From the NCBI GenBank assembly GCA_025454975.1, contig JALONK010000003.1:74522-138521 (forward strand): a stretch of 64,000 bases of DNA, read 5' to 3'. Origin of the DNA: Bacteroidia bacterium (lineage in GTDB: Bacteria > Bacteroidota > Bacteroidia > UKL13-3). The notes under the pieces were generated by a model, which was not told the DNA's origin, searched no databases, and saw only the letters and a list, made by a program, of their open reading frames with translations. Shown here piece after piece: positions 20,229 through 29,684 of the stretch. Numbering within the stretch: position 1 is the stretch's first letter; every line of letters starts with the position of its first letter. The position numbers were made by a program, and so were the translations under genes.

Positions 20229-22022
20229 TTATCTTGATGTTTCGCTTCTATATCTTCTTCTATTTGAAGAACCGCCTGATTGATTATTACTGCGCTTACC
20301 TGACGACCTACCATAATCATTTCCGCGGTCGCTTCTTCTTCCACCGTTGCCTCCGCCTGAACGCGGACGATCAGATGAACTTCTTGAGCGACCTCCTGCC
20401 CTTTCGTTTCCGCTTACTTCAATTCGAACTTTACGGCCACCATAATTAGAACCATGAACCTTAGACATCATAGCGTCCATATACTCTTCATCAACATTAA
20501 CAAAAGAATATACGCCTTTCACATCAACACGATACATGTTTTTGAAAGGAATGGCTGCTACTTCATGAATAAATTCTTTTAATGAGCCTACGTTTAATCC
20601 ATCCTTTTGACCAACGCTGATAAACAAACGCGTACCTTTTGCAGCACCGTATGTTTCGTTGCCACCTTCCTGACGTTCGCCTCGTGCTTTTTCTTGCACA
20701 TTTAAATCCGGTGCATTTAAATAATCAGCATTAAACCTTATAAGTTCAAGTGAAAGCATTTTTTTCAATAACACGTCTTTATCTAAATCAAGCAAAGGTT
20801 TTAGATGCTTTTCAACATGGTCATCAAAAAATGTTTCTTCAATTTCAGTTGAATTAATGGTATCAATAAAAGCAATCACTTTTTTATCCCTTACTTCCAT
20901 TGCAGAAGGAATAAGAACACGATTGAATTTAATATTGGTTAATTTTTCTATTTCTCTCAAACGATAAAACTCACGAACATTCAACAATGCAATTGAAGTA
21001 CCTGTTTTACCGGCACGAGCAGTTCTGCCACTTCTGTGGGTATAGTTTTCAATATCATCAGGAAGATGATAATGAATTACGTGTGTTAATCCACTTACAT
21101 CAATACCACGTGCTGCTACATCTGTTGCTAATAAAATTTTGATGGCGTGATGACGAAAACGGTTCATCACCTTTTCGCGTTGCGATTGACTTAAATCACC
21201 ATGTAAACAGTCGGCGTTGTAACCATCTTTAATTAACTTATCGCTAATATCCTGAGTTTCGTGTTTTGTAGTACAGAAAATAATTCCGTAAAAGTTTTCG
21301 CTATGGAAATCAAGTATTCTTTTCAGTGCAGATAGTTTATCCTTTGCGTGCACCACTGCGTACTCATGCGCAATATTTTGGTTACTTGAATTTGCTTTAC
21401 CAACACTTACCTCTACAGGGTCGTTCATATATTGATTAGCAATACTGCGAATTTCTTTAGGCATTGTTGCACTAAATAAACATACGCGTTTAGTTTCCGG
21501 AGTAAAAGAAAGGATACTTTCAATATCTTCCCTAAATCCCATGTTCAGCATTTCATCAGCTTCATCAAGTACCACATAACTAATGGTTTTAATGTTAACT
21601 GCTCTTCTGCTCATTAAGTCGATTAAACGACCCGGAGTAGCTACAATGATATGTGCTCCTCTTCTTAAGTCGTCAACTTGTTGGTTAATACTTGCCCCAC
21701 CGTAAACAGATACGATTCTTACCCCATTAATATTTTTTGAATAATTGGTAAGGTCACGTGAAATTTGCATACAAAGTTCACGGGTTGGACAAATGATGAG
21801 TGCTTGTGTTTGTTTTTGATTAAAATCAAGCAATTGTAGTAAAGGTAGACCAAATGCGGCTGTTTTCCCGGTGCCGGTTTGAGCTAATCCTAAAATGTCT
21901 CTTTGTGTCTCTAAAAAAACAGGAATAGACTTTTCCTGAATAGGTGTAGGATTTTCAAATCCCATCTCCGAGATGGCGCTTAGAACGGACGTGTTCAAGC
22001 CCAATTCGTTAAATGTTGTCAA
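20229..22022 (-). CDS. deaD: DEAD-box ATP-dependent RNA helicase (DeaD/CsdA-like) with DbpA-type RNA-binding domain and Arg/Gly/Ser-rich C-terminal tail
   Basis: The helicase motifs are all present: Q-motif, GTGKT (motif I), DEAD, SAT and HRSGRTAR. The tail reads ...GGRSRSSSDRPRSGGGNGGRRSDRGNDYGRSSGKRSNNQSGGSSNRRRYRSETSR. Confidence 0.9.
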   Translation of the reverse strand: MTTFNELGLNTSVLSAISEMGFENPTPIQEKSIPVFLETQRDILGLAQTGTGKTAAFGLPLLQLLDFNQKQTQALIICPTRELCMQISRDLTNYSKNINGVRIVSVYGGASINQQVDDLRRGAHIIVATPGRLIDLMSRRAVNIKTISYVVLDEADEMLNMGFREDIESILSFTPETKRVCLFSATMPKEIRSIANQYMNDPVEVSVGKANSSNQNIAHEYAVVHAKDKLSALKRILDFHSENFYGIIFCTTKHETQDISDKLIKDGYNADCLHGDLSQSQREKVMNRFRHHAIKILLATDVAARGIDVSGLTHVIHYHLPDDIENYTHRSGRTARAGKTGTSIALLNVREFYRLREIEKLTNIKFNRVLIPSAMEVRDKKVIAFIDTINSTEIEETFFDDHVEKHLKPLLDLDKDVLLKKMLSLELIRFNADYLNAPDLNVQEKARGERQEGGNETYGAAKGTRLFISVGQKDGLNVGSLKEFIHEVAAIPFKNMYRVDVKGVYSFVNVDEEYMDAMMSKVHGSNYGGRKVRIEVSGNERAGGRSRSSSDRPRSGGGNGGRRSDRGNDYGRSSGKRSNNQSGGSSNRRRYRSETSR

Positions 22023-22185
22023 TGTACGATATAAATTAAATGAGCCGCAAATATATATAAAGTATTCATAATTAAGTATTTTAATTTATTTATTTTACTA
22101 CTCCCCCACATAAATAGCTTATTTTTGGGCAGTAACAGATTTATATAACTTACAAAAAATAGATAAAAGAGTGAAGTAAACCCTA

Positions 22186-22193
22186 TAATTTTG
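22186..22193 (+). promoter_or_regulatory. Candidate Bacteroidetes sigma-A -7 element (TAATTTTG, matches TAnnTTTG) 5 nt upstream of the ATG at 22199; implies leaderless/short-leader mRNA
   Basis: This is a motif match only. I found no convincing -33 TTG partner. Confidence 0.25.
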
Positions 22194-22198
22194 CATAT

Positions 22199-23209
22199 AT
22201 GTCAGAACAAATATTTTCATTACTCAATAAACGCATATTAATTCTTGATGGTGCAATGGGCACCATGATACAACGATATAAATTAGAAGAATCGGATTTT
22301 AGAGATGAGTCACTTGCCAATCATACTAAACCTTTAAAAGGAAATAACGACTTATTATCTTTTACTCGACCGGATGTAATTAAAGCAATACATGCTCAAT
22401 ATTTTGATGCAGGTGCAGATATTATTGAAACAAACACCTTTAGCGGAACAACCATTGCTCAAGCAGATTATGAATTAGGTGCAGAATATGTTTGGAAAAT
22501 TAACTACGAATCGGCAAAAATTGCTAAGGAAGTTGCGCTTGAGTACACTGCCAAGAACCCGGATAAGCCAAGATTTGTGGCAGGTGCGATGGGGCCAACC
22601 AACCGAACTGCTTCTATTAGCCCTGATGTAAACGACCCCGGATACCGTGCCGTGAGTTTCGATGAATTAAAAGCAGCCTATAAAGAACAAGTTAGAGGCT
22701 TAATTGAAGGTGGAGCAGATATCTTATTAGTAGAAACAATTTTTGACACATTAAATGCCAAAGCTGCATTATTTGCCATTGATGAATTTATGGAAGAATC
22801 AGGCAAACGTTATCCGGTAATGGTAAGCGGAACCATCACTGATGCATCCGGTAGAACATTAAGTGGCCAAACTACAGAAGCTTTTTTAATTTCGATGCAA
22901 CATGCTCCTTTGATGAGTATTGGTTTAAATTGTGCTTTAGGTGCAAGCGCTTTACGTCCTTATTTGCAAGTATTATCAGCCCATGCTCCGTTTGCAGTAA
23001 GTGCATATCCTAATGCCGGTTTACCAAATGAAATGGGACAATATGATGAAAGTCCGCAGGCCATGGCCAAACAAGTTGAAGAGTTTTGCAAGGAAGGACT
23101 TGTGAATATATTAGGTGGGTGTTGTGGTACTACTCCGGATCATATCAAAGCTATTGCAGAAATGGCGGCCAAATATGCTCCACGTCGGTTAAATGCCTCA
23201 GCTAATTAA
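22199..23209 (+). CDS. Homocysteine S-methyltransferase domain protein (free-standing MetH N-terminal Hcy-binding module)
   Basis: Residue-level similarity to the E. coli MetH N-terminus is very high ([15 protein letters not shown]..., [56 protein letters not shown]). The ORF stops at the Hcy/pterin domain boundary (…[11 protein letters not shown]). Confidence 0.85.
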   Translation: MSEQIFSLLNKRILILDGAMGTMIQRYKLEESDFRDESLANHTKPLKGNNDLLSFTRPDVIKAIHAQYFDAGADIIETNTFSGTTIAQADYELGAEYVWKINYESAKIAKEVALEYTAKNPDKPRFVAGAMGPTNRTASISPDVNDPGYRAVSFDELKAAYKEQVRGLIEGGADILLVETIFDTLNAKAALFAIDEFMEESGKRYPVMVSGTITDASGRTLSGQTTEAFLISMQHAPLMSIGLNCALGASALRPYLQVLSAHAPFAVSAYPNAGLPNEMGQYDESPQAMAKQVEEFCKEGLVNILGGCCGTTPDHIKAIAEMAAKYAPRRLNASAN

Positions 23210-23260
23210 TATTCCCAATTATTTTTATAATGGTTTAAATAAGTTAAGCGAAAAATATCA

Positions 23261-23404
23261 ATGAATATTCAGTATGTAATTGTGATTGTGTTGATACTGG
23301 CTGCGTCTGTATATTTATTTAGATATATACTTAATAGTGCTAAAGGCCATAGTTGCGAATCAGGTAAATGTGGATGTGGTAAGCCTACTAATAAGGTAAG
23401 TTAG
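23261..23404 (+). CDS. Small Cys-rich membrane peptide (47 aa), resembles the FeoB-associated Cys-rich membrane protein family
   Basis: I translated this by hand: MNIQYVIVIVLILAASVYLFRYILNSAKGHSCESGKCGCGKPTNKVS*. It has an N-terminal TM helix, then a basic patch, then a C-x4-C-x-C cluster. It is absent from the ORF track because it is shorter than 60 aa. Confidence 0.5.
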   Translation: MNIQYVIVIVLILAASVYLFRYILNSAKGHSCESGKCGCGKPTNKVS

Positions 23405-23441
23405 TGTAAAATATTTATATTGCTATCTTAATAGCACAAAT

Positions 23442-25115
23442 GTGATTCAAAATCTTTTCAGAAAAAAAACCATTAGTAGCATTTTAACTGAAGTAGAAAA
23501 AAATGTTTCCGGTGGACATACATTAAAACAAACGTTATCACTTCGTGATTTAACTTCGTTAGGTATTGCAGCAATTATTGGGGCAGGCATTTTCAGCACA
23601 ATTGGGAATGCAAGTGCGAGTGGCGGCCCGGCGGTAATTTTATTATTCATATTTATTGCCATTGCCTGTTCATTTTCGGCTATGAGTTATGCTGAGTTTG
23701 CCAGCACCATTCCCATTTCGGGTAGTGCATATACTTATGCGTATGCCGCTTTTGGCGAACTTATCGCATGGATTATCGGTTGGGCTTTAATACTTGAATA
23801 TGCCATAGGAAATATAGTTGTAGCAATTAGTTGGAGCGGATATTTTACAGGCTTAATGGAAGGTTTAGGTTGGCATATTTCGCCTTCATTTACAATGGAC
23901 TATTTTAGTGCCAAACAAGGATATCTGACTTACGAAACTTTGCAGTTTAAGCATGCTGCTCCGGCTTATATTTATGAACAATATCAAGCGTGGATGCAAG
24001 CTCCTTTGGTTATGGATATCAGAATAATTTGTGATATTCCGGCATTGGCAATTGTTGCTGCAATTTCAGCATTAATTTATCGTGGTGTGCATGAAACAAA
24101 AACGGTTGGTAATTATTTCGTAGTATTAAAATTATTAGTAATTGTGTTGGTTATTTTAGTTGGGGCATTTTATGTAAACCCTGCTAATTGGTCGCCCTTT
24201 GCACCTAATGGAATAAGTGGTGTACTTAAAGGAGTGGCTTCAGTATTTTTTGCTTATATCGGATTTGATGCATTGGCAACAACTGCCGAAGAATGTAAAA
24301 ACCCTAAACGTGATTTGCCCAAAGCAATGATTGCTTCGTTAGCCATTTGTACGATTTTATATATTTTAATTTCATTATCATTAACCGGAATGGTAAGTTA
24401 TAATGAATTGGCAGTTGATGATCCGTTGGCACATGTATTTAGTTTGTTAAAAGTAAATTGGATGAGTGGATTGGTTGCGGTAAGTGCCGTAATAGCCATG
24501 GCCAGTGTATTGTTGGTCTTTCAAAACGGTCAGCCCAGGATATGGATGAGTATGAGTAGAGACGGTTTGTTACCTAAAAAATTCAGCACCATTCATCCCA
24601 AATTTAAAACACCATCATTCAGCACCATCATTACAGGAGTTTTTGTTGCTGTGCCTGCCTTGTTCTTAAACTTAGAAGAGGTAACCGACTTATCGAGTAT
24701 AGGAACATTATTTGCATTTGTAATTGTAAATGCCGGCGTTATCAGAATGGAGTCTCATCGAATTGAAAACCATACCGGGTTTAGAGTTCCATATTTTAAC
24801 GGACGACTAATAGTGCCCTTATTGTGTTTAATAAGTTTGTTCTTGTTTATTGTTTATTATGAAAGGCACATTTTCATTGATCCGCAGGAAAAAGACACTC
24901 CAATGTTATTGTTTTGGATATTATTTGTGAGCCTAAGTGTATTAACATTTATTAAACGATACAGTTTAATTCCTGTGCTTGGCATGGTATCAAATTTTTA
25001 TTTAATGACCCAGTTAAATTTTACGAATTGGGCAGCCTTTTTTGTTTGGTTAATCATTGGCATGTTGGTGTATATCATGTATGGATATCGTAAAAGTAAG
25101 TTAGCCTCGTCATAG
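23442..25115 (+). CDS. Amino acid permease (APC superfamily, ~12 TM + C-terminal extension)
   Basis: The APC signature region is present (…SLRDLTSLGIAAIIGAGIFSTIG…). The sequence is polytopic throughout and 557 aa long. Confidence 0.85.
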   Translation: MIQNLFRKKTISSILTEVEKNVSGGHTLKQTLSLRDLTSLGIAAIIGAGIFSTIGNASASGGPAVILLFIFIAIACSFSAMSYAEFASTIPISGSAYTYAYAAFGELIAWIIGWALILEYAIGNIVVAISWSGYFTGLMEGLGWHISPSFTMDYFSAKQGYLTYETLQFKHAAPAYIYEQYQAWMQAPLVMDIRIICDIPALAIVAAISALIYRGVHETKTVGNYFVVLKLLVIVLVILVGAFYVNPANWSPFAPNGISGVLKGVASVFFAYIGFDALATTAEECKNPKRDLPKAMIASLAICTILYILISLSLTGMVSYNELAVDDPLAHVFSLLKVNWMSGLVAVSAVIAMASVLLVFQNGQPRIWMSMSRDGLLPKKFSTIHPKFKTPSFSTIITGVFVAVPALFLNLEEVTDLSSIGTLFAFVIVNAGVIRMESHRIENHTGFRVPYFNGRLIVPLLCLISLFLFIVYYERHIFIDPQEKDTPMLLFWILFVSLSVLTFIKRYSLIPVLGMVSNFYLMTQLNFTNWAAFFVWLIIGMLVYIMYGYRKSKLASS

Positions 25116-25136
25116 CCAAAATAAAACACACATGTA

Positions 25137-25961
25137 TCAACAATTTTTAATAGCGTAACACATGAGTTTACTTAAAGCTATTTCAGCTTTTGTGGCTACT
25201 TCAATAATCATCTCTAAGCTCACAGGTTTTAAATTATCAGGGTCACATTCGTCAGTAAGTACGCTAACCGCACAACAAGGTAATGAGAGGTGGTTTGCAG
25301 CAATTACTTCAGGCACAGTGCTCATCCCAACCGCATCAGCACCAATCATTCGCAAGTACCTGTATTCTGCTCGTGTTTCAAGCATTGGCCCGGTAACCGA
25401 AACATAAATCCCTTGGTGAAGTTTAATATTATAAAGATTTGCTGCATCAATAAGCAAATGATTAAGTTTTGGATGATATGGAGCACTTAAATCAGGAAAT
25501 CGTGTACCCAATTCATCAATATTATTTCCGCGCAGTGGATTATCAGGCAATAAATTTATATGATCATCCAACAACATTAAGTCGCCCTTTTTCCATGATA
25601 AGTTTAAGCACCCTGCTGCATTAGAGATAAATAAATATTGTATCCCTAACATTTTCATTACCCTGATTGGATGAACTATTTGATGCATGGCATAACCTTC
25701 ATAATAATGAAACCTGCCTTGCATGGCTATCACTTTTTTACCTTCAAGCATTCCATAAATTAGTTTACCGCTGTGGCTTTCAACGGTTGAAACCGGAAAG
25801 TGAGGAATATCGTGATAAGAGATTCTATGAATAACTTGAATATGAGAAACCAACTGACCTAATCCTGTGCCTAAAACAATACCAACATCAGGAGATTCAA
25901 ATCCTTGGTTATTTAAAAAATCAGCACTTTCCTGTATTTGTTTAAGTAATAAGTTTGTTGT
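25137..25961 (-). CDS. Purine nucleoside phosphorylase (PNP family 1, PunA-type)
   Basis: The N-terminal region …VGIVLGTGLG… and the stretch GKKVIAMQGRFHYYEGY…SNAAG are present, with the trimeric-PNP (Ino/Guo-specific) fold. The probable start is the Met at 25961, which overlaps the stop of the upstream gene by 1 nt. The track start at 26000 is an extension. Confidence 0.88.
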   Translation of the reverse strand, partial: TTNLLLKQIQESADFLNNQGFESPDVGIVLGTGLGQLVSHIQVIHRISYHDIPHFPVSTVESHSGKLIYGMLEGKKVIAMQGRFHYYEGYAMHQIVHPIRVMKMLGIQYLFISNAAGCLNLSWKKGDLMLLDDHINLLPDNPLRGNNIDELGTRFPDLSAPYHPKLNHLLIDAANLYNIKLHQGIYVSVTGPMLETRAEYRYLRMIGADAVGMSTVPEVIAANHLSLPCCAVSVLTDECDPDNLKPVSLEMIIEVATKAEIALSKLMCYAIKNC

Positions 25962-26926
25962 CATAAGTTGAGAAGCAGTATTAGCAATAGTGTAATCCAA
26001 TATAAAGGGAATAATGCAAGTGTTAAGATAAATAATACAGAATCATAAAAAACAGTTTTGCCGGCCGTTATTAACGAAATAAACTGCATAAACCAATAGT
26101 GAGGCAATCCTATAATTCCTTTATGAATAAGGGTTACAAATCGTTTACGTTTAGTTGATGGCACCATTGAAGCAAACTGATGTAAATCGCTTAAATTAAA
26201 ATTATCGCTTTTCTCTAAAGTAATCCATTGGCTCATCAATTGGTGATGTTCAATATTATTTGGCGTCATTGTTTCGTTGGTAAAGGCAAGCTGTGAAAGT
26301 TGGTTAGAGAGGTACTCATTAAACAATTGAGTAAATTGAGGTGATTCAGGATTAACTCCAATAACCTTCATATCAAACGGATTTCCGAAAGCAACAACAG
26401 CAGATTTACCACCTCCACTAAAATGCTCATAAGTTAAACCCACCGGAACAACTTTTAAATTACGTGCAGGTGTATCAGATAACCAAGCCATTTTAGCTAA
26501 TCTTGCCGGCCCTTTTTTCATGGGCCGAAGTCGCCAATTATTTTCACATAAGCCATCACCGAATAACAATACCATCCCTTCTTTTTTAAACACCTCAAAA
26601 CAAACATCAAAGGTTTCAAAATTTTTAGAAATATTTTCTTTGCCTTCACTAATCCGATACACCGGTAGCACATGAAAAGTTGATATTAATGAGGATAGTC
26701 CTTTAATATTAAAAACATCACCACGTGCCAAAAAATGTGTTGGACGTTTAAGAAATGCTGCAATAATTAAGGGGTCTAAAAATGCATTAGGATGATTAGC
26801 CACAAGCATTACCGGACCTTCCAACGGAACACGATTGAGTTGTTGATGATATAATTTATAGAAAAATAATTTACATCCGAATCGAATTAATGCTTGTGTG
26901 GCGGGATATAAAAAGTGATGTTTCAA
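25961..26926 (-). CDS. Lysophospholipid (1-acyl-sn-glycerol-3-phosphate) acyltransferase family protein
   Basis: The H-x4-D acyltransferase motif (LVANHPNAFLD) is present, together with the FLARGDVF block and C-terminal TM helices. Confidence 0.75.
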   Translation of the reverse strand: MKHHFLYPATQALIRFGCKLFFYKLYHQQLNRVPLEGPVMLVANHPNAFLDPLIIAAFLKRPTHFLARGDVFNIKGLSSLISTFHVLPVYRISEGKENISKNFETFDVCFEVFKKEGMVLLFGDGLCENNWRLRPMKKGPARLAKMAWLSDTPARNLKVVPVGLTYEHFSGGGKSAVVAFGNPFDMKVIGVNPESPQFTQLFNEYLSNQLSQLAFTNETMTPNNIEHHQLMSQWITLEKSDNFNLSDLHQFASMVPSTKRKRFVTLIHKGIIGLPHYWFMQFISLITAGKTVFYDSVLFILTLALFPLYWITLLLILLLNL

Positions 26927-26931
26927 ATGGA

Positions 26932-27333
26932 TTATCTATTTAAATAAAACATGAGTGGTTCCCAAAAATCTTGATGCCAATTATTAAGCATAATATCCGC
27001 ACAGGATACCGGAACTAATTTATGAATTACCGTTAATTCTGTTTCATTAGGTGCTAACACCTTCAGTTGAAACGAAACTTCACTGCATGAAGGATGATGC
27101 CATAACGGATGATGCAAGACAAAGTCCAAAACAATCAATTCATTTTTTATTGTTTGCACTACCTTACCTGTATACTTGCCATCATACAAAGAGAAGGAGC
27201 TTCCCGGCACATCCGTAATAATTGCAACAGCGCCGGTAAACGAACTATGTTTCCTCTCATCTAGCAAAATGCCGTACACATCAGAAGCGGAAGTAGGCAA
27301 AATTACAGTATACGTTAAACCGGTGGTTTCCAT
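26932..27333 (-). CDS. SRPBCC-fold (AHSA1/polyketide cyclase-like) small protein
   Basis: The protein is 133 aa, soluble, with a beta-rich pattern. This is a weak family-level guess. Confidence 0.45.
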   Translation of the reverse strand: METTGLTYTVILPTSASDVYGILLDERKHSSFTGAVAIITDVPGSSFSLYDGKYTGKVVQTIKNELIVLDFVLHHPLWHHPSCSEVSFQLKVLAPNETELTVIHKLVPVSCADIMLNNWHQDFWEPLMFYLNR

Positions 27334-27469
27334 TGGTGCAAAATACTTAATTTAGGTGGATAATTCATGAACCAATCACATAAGCAAAGGATAAACTTAA
27401 CCGACAAAGCATCCCTATTCGCCTATTTTAAACCTTGTAATGGAGTAGCTTAAGCATAAGTATTGTATT

Positions 27470-28249
27470 TTGCCGTTACATTTGTGCAGGAAACAAACAA
27501 TGAATACAGAAAAGAAAAGCAATAACGACAAGTGGGATAACATGCATAGTTCGAGAGGGCGCGTGTTTAGTGGAATTTTGCTTGTATTGTCAGGCATCGT
27601 TTTATTGTTAAAACAACTAGGGGTTAATTTTCCTGATTGGTTATTCACTTGGGAAATGCTGATTATAATTATCGGTTTATATATTGGAGTTAAACATAAC
27701 TTCAAACACACGGGTTGGTTGGTTTTGATTAGCATTGGCGGAATTTTACTAATTGACGACATCTATCCTGAAACGCGATTAGAAAATTTTTTATGGCCGG
27801 CTGTTGTAATCCTAATCGGAATTGTGATGATAAGCACGGCCGGTAAGCGAAAAGAACGTTGGAAGGAATGGAAAATGCGTTGTAAAGCTTCATCAGTTGA
27901 AGCAAGCAGTGAAAATATGTTGGATGCTGTTTCAATTATGGGCGCAATTAAAAAACAAATCATCACTAAAGATTTCAAAGGAGGTGAAATCACCTGCATA
28001 TTTGGTGGTGCTGAATTAAATTTAAGTCAAGCCGACATCGAAGGACGAGTTATTTTAGAGGTTACTCAAATGTTTGGCGGAACCTTATTAATTGTTCCTG
28101 CAAATTGGGAAATTCAATCGGAGAATGTTGCCATTCTTGGAGGTATTGAAGACAAACGCGTGAACAATGCATTACCCAAGAGTGAAAATAAAATATTGGT
28201 TCTAAAAGGTGTAACCATTTTTGGAGGCATAGATATAAAGAGTCATTAA
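27470..28249 (+). CDS. LiaF-like membrane protein (4 TM + C-terminal DUF2154/cell-wall-active-antibiotic-response domain)
   Basis: After a basic N-terminus come four TM helices (VFSGILLVLSGIVLLL, MLIIIIGLYIGV, WLVLISIGGILLI, WPAVVILIGIVMIS). They are followed by a beta-rich C-terminal domain with repeated GG-containing strands (ITCIFGGAELNL, MFGGTLLIVPANWEI, AILGGIEDKR, LKGVTIFGGIDIKS). The real start may be the Met at 27500. Confidence 0.65.
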   Translation: MPLHLCRKQTMNTEKKSNNDKWDNMHSSRGRVFSGILLVLSGIVLLLKQLGVNFPDWLFTWEMLIIIIGLYIGVKHNFKHTGWLVLISIGGILLIDDIYPETRLENFLWPAVVILIGIVMISTAGKRKERWKEWKMRCKASSVEASSENMLDAVSIMGAIKKQIITKDFKGGEITCIFGGAELNLSQADIEGRVILEVTQMFGGTLLIVPANWEIQSENVAILGGIEDKRVNNALPKSENKILVLKGVTIFGGIDIKSH

Positions 28250-28281
28250 TAACCCTACAAACACTTATAACAAACACGCAT

Positions 28282-28641
28282 ATGAATAAATGGTACATTA
28301 CTAAACTTGTATTTAGTGTGATCACCGGAAATGGGAATCATACCCCGCAGTTTGAAGAACAGATAAGGTTAATTGAAGCCCGAAGTTTTAATGAAGCATT
28401 TTTAAAAGCCAGACTAATTGGAGGCAGAGAAGAAGACGCTTTTATTACAGAAGAATTTAACCCAGTTAAATGGCAATTTATTGATGTATGTGAACTTACC
28501 CCAATTGAAGATTTTACAGATGGAATGTCGCTTCATTCACGTTTATTTGAGGTTGAAGAATCACGTAGTTATATTGATTATATTCATCACAGGGCCGAAG
28601 TTATTGCCGCTCAAATTGAACCACAAGCAGTAGTTGCGTGA
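28282..28641 (+). CDS. DUF4288-like small cytoplasmic protein
   Basis: The protein is 119 aa and soluble. Its stop overlaps the start of the downstream kinase (ATGA, 28638..28641), which indicates translational coupling. The family assignment is from memory. Confidence 0.5.
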   Translation: MNKWYITKLVFSVITGNGNHTPQFEEQIRLIEARSFNEAFLKARLIGGREEDAFITEEFNPVKWQFIDVCELTPIEDFTDGMSLHSRLFEVEESRSYIDYIHHRAEVIAAQIEPQAVVA

Positions 28642-29684
28642 AACCATTTCCTCAAGATTTTACCTTTAAAAGATTTATCAGTGTTTACATCGGTTCAGGT
28701 GTTTTCTTTTTGCTGATGCATACGTTTGTACTTACCACTTTTGGTTTAACATTAGTACAATCTTTGTTTGATGCATTATTAACCATTGGCCTTATTCTCT
28801 TAGCGGGTACAAGTACCTATAATATCTTAAGGTATTATAAACCGGCTCGAGAAAATATTTTATATCCTCGAATATGGGCAATGTTGTTAACCATATTAGT
28901 AACGATGGTATTTACGGCCACCATGAAACAAATTTATGAGGGTCAGAAAGACTATCTTGATTTTTTATCAGCTTCCATTCCGGTTAGAGGAGTTTATCAT
29001 TTATTAATCATTTCTCTTTTAACCGTATTTGTTTTTATGTGGTTTCTATTTCAGGAAGAACATGAGCGTCAGAAAAACCTCGCTGATATTGAAAAACTCA
29101 CCCGAGATGCGGAGTTGGTAAGTTTAAGGCAACAGCTACAACCGCACTTTTTATTTAACAGCTTAAATAGCATAAGTGCATTGGTGGGTAACCGACCTGA
29201 AGAAGCTCGCAAAATGATATATCAATTAAGTGAGTTTTTAAGAGGAACACTAAGAAAAGACGAATATGAAACTTATGAGATGTCGGGTGAATTACATCAT
29301 TTACAATTATATCTTGATATTGAGAAGGTGAGGTTTGGACACCGATTAACTACTACCATTTTAGCAGATGATTTGGTGCGAAGCTGTAAAATACCTCCTT
29401 TAATTCTTCAACCATTGGTTGAAAATGCCATTAAATTTGGACTGTACGACATTGCCGGTGAAGTTAATATCAGCATTGTTTGCAGTTGTAATAGTGAATA
29501 TTTAACAATAACAATTACTAATCCGTTTGATCCACAAACCGCTACACCCAAAAAAGGTGCAGGATTTGGAATAAGCAGTGTGCAACGAAGGTTATACCTG
29601 TTATATGCACGTAATGATTTATTACAAACCGGATATGAAAACAACCTATTTACAACCATTGTGAAAATTCCTCAAAAGATATGA
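28638..29684 (+). CDS. Intramembrane-sensing histidine kinase, LytS/YehU family (4 TM, no periplasmic domain)
   Basis: Four TM helices lie in the first ~140 aa. They are followed by a coiled-coil linker, the LytS-type H-box LQPHFLFNSLNSISAL, and an HATPase region (LILQPLVENAIKFG). Confidence 0.8.
   Translation: MKPFPQDFTFKRFISVYIGSGVFFLLMHTFVLTTFGLTLVQSLFDALLTIGLILLAGTSTYNILRYYKPARENILYPRIWAMLLTILVTMVFTATMKQIYEGQKDYLDFLSASIPVRGVYHLLIISLLTVFVFMWFLFQEEHERQKNLADIEKLTRDAELVSLRQQLQPHFLFNSLNSISALVGNRPEEARKMIYQLSEFLRGTLRKDEYETYEMSGELHHLQLYLDIEKVRFGHRLTTTILADDLVRSCKIPPLILQPLVENAIKFGLYDIAGEVNISIVCSCNSEYLTITITNPFDPQTATPKKGAGFGISSVQRRLYLLYARNDLLQTGYENNLFTTIVKIPQKI

Noticed and set aside
20186-20344. 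N-terminal 53 residues of track ORF 19478..20344 (MEEEATAEMIMVGRQ…)
   Set aside because: This stretch overlaps the 3' end of deaD on the same strand in another frame. A canonical signal peptide begins at the internal Met (20185), so the extension is an ORF-caller artefact.
22023-22198. Possible B12 or SAM riboswitch in the 176-nt region upstream of the MetH-domain gene
   Set aside because: I found no B12-box (GCCACTG-like) and no SAM-I conserved core when reading the region. It looks like a plain AT-rich divergent promoter region. A covariance-model scan would be decisive.
27415-27999. Minus-strand ORFs (27415..27762, 27729..27935, 27763..27999) overlapping the liaF-like gene
   Set aside because: They are antisense to a CDS with clear TM and domain structure, and show no motifs.
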